Positions 59,730 through 64,000 of a DNA stretch of 64,000 nucleotides are shown in pieces. The position numbers were made by a program, and so were the translations under genes. This DNA comes from Candidatus Subterrananammoxibius californiae (lineage in GTDB: Bacteria; Planctomycetota; Brocadiia; Brocadiales; Subterrananammoxibiaceae): the NCBI GenBank assembly GCA_030586555.1, contig JAURAC010000003.1, positions 45,838 to 109,837 on the forward strand, written 5' to 3'. Every line of letters starts with the position of its first letter. The first letter of the stretch is position 1. The notes under the pieces are model-generated. The model had not been told where the DNA came from and made no database searches. It saw only the letters and a list, made by a program, of their open reading frames with translations.

Positions 59730-60585
59730 TGAATTAATTAAACGTAATGAACCACTGAGTCGCTATACTACGTTTGGGATAGGTGGGACGGCTGAAATAT
59801 TTGCAGAGCCTCGAAACAGCGCGGAGCTTAAGGAGTTTATAGAGTTCGGCAGGGATAGCAGGCTGCCAATAAACGTTATAGGTAAAGGAAGCAATGTCCT
59901 TGTAAATGATAGCGGCGTTAGAGGTATAGTCATCTATCTTGCAAGAAACGGTTTTAAACGTGTAAAAAGAGAAAATTCTTCAATAATTGCAGGGGCTGGG
60001 GTTAGCCTTCCATTGCTTGTCAACAAGAGTGTGGGGTGGGGATTGGGTGGTTTAGAGGTGTTAACGGGGATTCCCGGAACAGTCGGAGGCGCTGTTGCCT
60101 CAAACGCTGGAGGCAAGTACGGCACAATAAGTGAATGCATAATGTCTGTAACAACCATAGACATTGATGGTAGAACTCACCAGTACAACAGAGAGGATAT
60201 TGACTTCGGATATAGAAAAAATTGCTTTCTTAACCAAATAATCATCGAGGCAATGTTAAAACTAAAGGAGTGTAACAGAGTAGCGTTGCTGAAGCGCTCC
60301 AGGGAAATTCTTCAAGAGAAGAATCTGCGTCAACCGCTTTCGGCAAAGAGCGCAGGGTGTGTTTTTAAAAATCCCGAGGGCTATTGCGCCGGTGCATTGA
60401 TTGAACAGGCTGGATTAAAGGGGCAAAGGGTTGGCGGGGCAATAGTATCAGAAAAACATGCAAATTTTATTATTAATACAGGCAATGCCACCGCAGCCAA
60501 CGTGCTTGAACTTGTTGACGCGATAAAGGGCGATGTTTTGCGGAAATTCAACATCTTATTAGAATTAGAAATTCAGGTATGGTAA
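59704..60585 (+). CDS. murB: UDP-N-acetylenolpyruvoylglucosamine reductase
   Basis: G.GSN.L, GIPGTVGGA...NAG, SAGCVFKNP, HANF. Confidence 0.95.
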   Translation: MEYYNLPYNELIKRNEPLSRYTTFGIGGTAEIFAEPRNSAELKEFIEFGRDSRLPINVIGKGSNVLVNDSGVRGIVIYLARNGFKRVKRENSSIIAGAGVSLPLLVNKSVGWGLGGLEVLTGIPGTVGGAVASNAGGKYGTISECIMSVTTIDIDGRTHQYNREDIDFGYRKNCFLNQIIIEAMLKLKECNRVALLKRSREILQEKNLRQPLSAKSAGCVFKNPEGYCAGALIEQAGLKGQRVGGAIVSEKHANFIINTGNATAANVLELVDAIKGDVLRKFNILLELEIQVW

Positions 60586-60640
60586 TCGTCGCTCGTGACC
60601 CGTCGCCCGTGACTCGAGCAACGAAGAAAGGAGGCTACCA

Positions 60641-60994
60641 ATGTATAAGTCAACGAATGCGGCAGTTCTAATGGATGAAATATCCTCGGAAAGCGAGGTA
60701 TCCATCCATTCAGGCGCTACCATAAGCGAGGCGCCCATAGGAGCAGAACACAATATTATCTTCACCTGTATTTTTAAAAACCCACCTGGCTATTACGCCG
60801 GTGCATTGATTGAACAGGCTGGATTAAAGGGGCAAAGGGTTGGCGGGGCAATGGTATCAGAAGAATATGCAAATTTCATTATAGATACAGGGAATGCCAC
60901 TGTAACCGATGTGCTTGAACTTGTTGACATGGTAAGATGCGCCGTTCTGCGGAAATTCAATATCTTATTAGAATTAGAAATTCAGGTATGGTAA
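60641..60994 (+). pseudogene. ddl'-'murB chimeric ORF from a tandem duplication
   Basis: First 40 codons are a diverged Ddl N-terminus; the last ~75 are the MurB C-terminus. Confidence 0.8.
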
Positions 60995-61030
60995 GAACCC
61001 TTCCACTCGGGGGCGGAAAGGAGTCTGCAA

Positions 61031-62008
61031 ATGTATAAGACAAGAAATATAGCGGTCCTAATGGGTGGGGTATCCTCGGAACGAGAGGTATCCCTTCGTT
61101 CCGGCACTGCTGTAAGCGAGGCGCTGAAACAAGCAGGACACAATGTTATCTGTATCGAGGTAAATGATGAAAAGGTTGAGGAGCTTGACAGACATGAGAT
61201 AGATGTCGCTTTCATTGCGCTTCATGGCTATTTTGGAGAAGACGGGGGCATACAGAGCCTTCTTGAATCCAAAGGTATCCCTTACACGGGCTCAGGTGTC
61301 GAGGCAAGCAGAATTGCAATGGACAAGATAGAAACCAAAAGAAGATTCCTCGCCAGAGGTCTATCTACCCCTGATTACGTGTCAATAACCCAATATTATA
61401 ACATGTCAGAAGTGCAAAGATTTGTTGATATGCTGGGTTTTCCCGTAATCGTGAAACCCGCAAGAAACGGCTCCAGTATTGGTGTCTCAATGGTAAAAAA
61501 TCTTGCAGAATTAAAGAAGGGAATAGAAAAAGCCCTGAAGTTCGGTTCAAAGGCGCTTATTGAAAAACACATCCACGGAAAGGAATTAACGGTAGGGATT
61601 CTTGGTAATAATCCTCTTCCTATCATCGAAATAAAACCTGCTGTGGAATTTTTTGACTACACAGCAAAATACAATGACAGCAGAACGGAATACAATATGG
61701 AAGTATCTCTACCTTCCTCTGTCTATAACGAGGTACAACAAGTAGCCCTTAAAGCACATGAAACCATCGGTTGCAAAGGTTTTTCCAGAGTAGATATGAT
61801 TCTCGAAGAGCAAAATCATGGTCCTAATGGCCTTGGTCTTGCCAGTCACATTTATCTCTTAGAAATCAATACAATACCAGGATTCACGGAAAAGAGCCTG
61901 TTGCCAAAGGCTGCCAGGGCTGCAAATATTGGATTTGTGGGTTTGTGCGAGACGATAGTCGAGTTTGCACTCCAGGACGTTGAAGCAGGCATAGAAGAAT
62001 TGGTGTAA
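61031..62008 (+). CDS. ddl: D-alanine-D-alanine ligase
   Basis: GG.SSEREVSL.SG, LHG.FGEDG, GSS.GV, DY.AKY, EINT.PG. Confidence 0.96.
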   Translation: MYKTRNIAVLMGGVSSEREVSLRSGTAVSEALKQAGHNVICIEVNDEKVEELDRHEIDVAFIALHGYFGEDGGIQSLLESKGIPYTGSGVEASRIAMDKIETKRRFLARGLSTPDYVSITQYYNMSEVQRFVDMLGFPVIVKPARNGSSIGVSMVKNLAELKKGIEKALKFGSKALIEKHIHGKELTVGILGNNPLPIIEIKPAVEFFDYTAKYNDSRTEYNMEVSLPSSVYNEVQQVALKAHETIGCKGFSRVDMILEEQNHGPNGLGLASHIYLLEINTIPGFTEKSLLPKAARAANIGFVGLCETIVEFALQDVEAGIEELV

Positions 62009-62010
62009 TA

Positions 62011-62943
62011 ATGAGCAATGAGCAACGAGCAATGAGTAATGAGTCACGAGGAGCGATGTTATCTAAAGCAGGGTGGAGGCGTTCCATATATTTTAAACCG
62101 CTTCTTGTGATACTCGGCATAGCGGCTCTTGGGTTATCTATTCGATTTGGATGGCACTATTTAATTAACCTCGACACGTTTAAGGTAAAGCCAGGCACGT
62201 TTTCGTTTGAACTTCCTTCATGGGCAAAGGTGGAACTGCTCGATGAAATCAAAAAAGCCCCGATATTGACGAAAAGCCACAGCATATTTGAAAAGGATTT
62301 AACCAAAAAGATTGCAGAAGCGTACTCAGCAAAACCCTGGGTAGAAAAAGTTCATTACGTTAAAAAGGAATTTCCCAATAAGATTAAGATAAAGTTTAGC
62401 CTGAGGAAGCCTTTTGTCCGTCTCAGGCGGATTGAAAAAGGCACATCTTTTTATTTGCTGGATGGTGAGTGCGTAAGATTGTCAGAAAAATATTACTACT
62501 GGCCGGACGATGACCCTGAAGCGCTCTTTATACAAAGTAATAAACTATCAAAGGCGCCTGCTTACGGGGAAAAATGGGAGGATGCGGGCATACAGGGAGG
62601 AGTAAATTTAGTTAGGTTCTTGAGAAAGAATAAAGTTCATAAATTGTTGAATATTACAATTATAGATGTTTCTAATGTTACCCCCCCACCTAATCCTCCC
62701 CCCGCAGGGGGGAGGGTTGGGGTGAGGGGTGCAAAAAGCGATATTGTTTTAATAACAAAGAAGGGTGCGCAAATAAAATGGGGACGCTCACCCGCCCCAG
62801 GCGGGTTCAAGATGCATGGAGAACTTTCTGACGCAGAAAAGCTTCAGAACCTTTTGAGCGTTGCAAGGGTAGAGGGCAGGAATCTAAGGCGCATGGAATA
62901 TGTAGATGTCCGTTGGGATATACCACAAGGTAAATTGCATTAA
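62011..62943 (+). CDS. ftsQ: FtsQ/DivIB-like protein
   Basis: TM helix, POTRA-like PWVEKV..VKKEFPN.I.I, C-terminal YVDVR; follows ddl. Start uncertain because it lies in a heptamer repeat. Confidence 0.72.
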   Translation: MSNEQRAMSNESRGAMLSKAGWRRSIYFKPLLVILGIAALGLSIRFGWHYLINLDTFKVKPGTFSFELPSWAKVELLDEIKKAPILTKSHSIFEKDLTKKIAEAYSAKPWVEKVHYVKKEFPNKIKIKFSLRKPFVRLRRIEKGTSFYLLDGECVRLSEKYYYWPDDDPEALFIQSNKLSKAPAYGEKWEDAGIQGGVNLVRFLRKNKVHKLLNITIIDVSNVTPPPNPPPAGGRVGVRGAKSDIVLITKKGAQIKWGRSPAPGGFKMHGELSDAEKLQNLLSVARVEGRNLRRMEYVDVRWDIPQGKLH

Positions 62944-63220
62944 GAATAAGCAAAAGGATTGGGTGGCATGGACAAACTTGTTTGTCCGTGCGCAATGAGT
63001 TGAGGAACGGTTAAATTTAAAAGCCCGCCCTGATGCCATGCTAAGCTTGGTAGAGCTTAGCAACACTTATATCAGGTTAGGGACAGTGTGATAAACAAAT
63101 GGCGTGAAAAGCAAGTCCGAAGAACTTACTTTTTACTTTCGCGGGGCGGGCTGTATACAGTAGGACAGGCTGAAGGCTGAAGAAAGGATAGGCTAAAGGA
63201 AAAATCTTTTTCTTCAGCCT

Positions 63221-64000
63221 TTAGCCTTCCGTTTTTTGCTTAAGTTTTTCAAGGTTGTTGCGGGCTTTTTCGAGGTTAGGATTGATTTGAAGGGCTTTTT
63301 TGAATGTTGAGATGGCATTTTCGTCTTCGCCGTTCATGTAATAAATATAGCCAAGATTGTTGTAAGCCTCCGCTTCATCAACTGCAAGCTTAAATTCGTC
63401 TAAAGCCATGTCGTAGAGTCCCTGTTTTCCATAGATATAGCCCAGATTATTATGGGCTTTTTTGTTTTCAGGATTAATCTCAATTGCCTTCCCGTAAGAG
63501 GCAATCGCCTCATCAAATTTATCCTGCAGGAAGTAAGAGAACCCCATGTTGTTGTAAGCTTCTTCACTTTTAGGATTGGACTTAATTGCTTTTTCATATT
63601 CAGCAACCGCTAAAGGATATTTCCCCTGTAAGTCATAAGTAATCCCTGAGGCAACGTAAAAATCCTCAGTTTTTAGCCCGAAGCTCAGCCCATCCTTGAA
63701 TGTTTTTATTGCCTCCTCATAATTCCCGTTCTCGCGATAAGAGCGTCCAAGACCGAGGTACGCCTCTACGTCATCTTCATTATCTATTATTGCCTGCTTA
63801 AATTCCTCAATGGCAATGCCATATCTGCCTGAGGCATAACATTGATTTCCAATGAACTTATGGGTGGTGGCAGGTTTTTCTCCCGCCCCAACCGCTGCAC
63901 TTGAAGGAGAGGGTATGGGCGGGACTATCTGTGCCTTTTCAGGTGCGGTGGTACAGCTACAAAGTAAAATAGGCAATAGGCAATAGGGAATAGCCAATAG
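63221..64000 (-). CDS. TPR-repeat lipoprotein; 5' end probably outside the window
   Basis: LCSC lipobox-like motif, multiple AYNNLG...A...F.KA...NP repeats; frame is open to base 64000. Confidence 0.85.
   Translation of the reverse strand, partial: LLAIPYCLLPILLCSCTTAPEKAQIVPPIPSPSSAAVGAGEKPATTHKFIGNQCYASGRYGIAIEEFKQAIIDNEDDVEAYLGLGRSYRENGNYEEAIKTFKDGLSFGLKTEDFYVASGITYDLQGKYPLAVAEYEKAIKSNPKSEEAYNNMGFSYFLQDKFDEAIASYGKAIEINPENKKAHNNLGYIYGKQGLYDMALDEFKLAVDEAEAYNNLGYIYYMNGEDENAISTFKKALQINPNLEKARNNLEKLKQKTEG

Overview
64 kb of a low-GC bacterial chromosome, probably Planctomycetota (Brocadiia / anammox-related lineage). That assignment is inferred from a peptidoglycan dcw cluster that ends at ftsQ with no ftsA/ftsZ, futalosine mqnA/mqnC genes and a short MnmE paralogue. 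Core content: mnmE-like GTPase (partial), mfd, a SurA/PpiC foldase, mqnA-mqnC, two tandem Thr-rich surface proteins, a cbb3-type oxidase operon with two PQQ-like propeller genes, c-di-GMP enzymes, coaB, an atypical aquaporin, hflKC, cmoA, an RND pump, def-fmt and mraZ-rsmH-ftsL-ftsI-(accB)-murE-murF-mraY-ftsW-murG-murC-murB-ddl-ftsQ. The most striking non-catalogue signal is a dense population of at least eight families of 15-120 bp palindromic or 7/8-mer repeat elements. They occur intergenically, nested inside one another, and in-frame inside at least 14 genes, including normally essential ones, where they add peptide loops, termini and signal-peptide cores. Other notable items: an IS110 whose left non-coding end has two guide-like motifs matching its own end and a Shine-Dalgarno-like target; toxin-antitoxin modules separated by a repeated palindrome and carrying attC remnants with no integrase; an integrase-free island in the coaB 3' end; an inverted duplicate of the mraZ promoter; an open ddl'-'murB chimera; and MraY and aquaporin active-site substitutions. 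All calls are from reading the sequence by eye; no searches were run.
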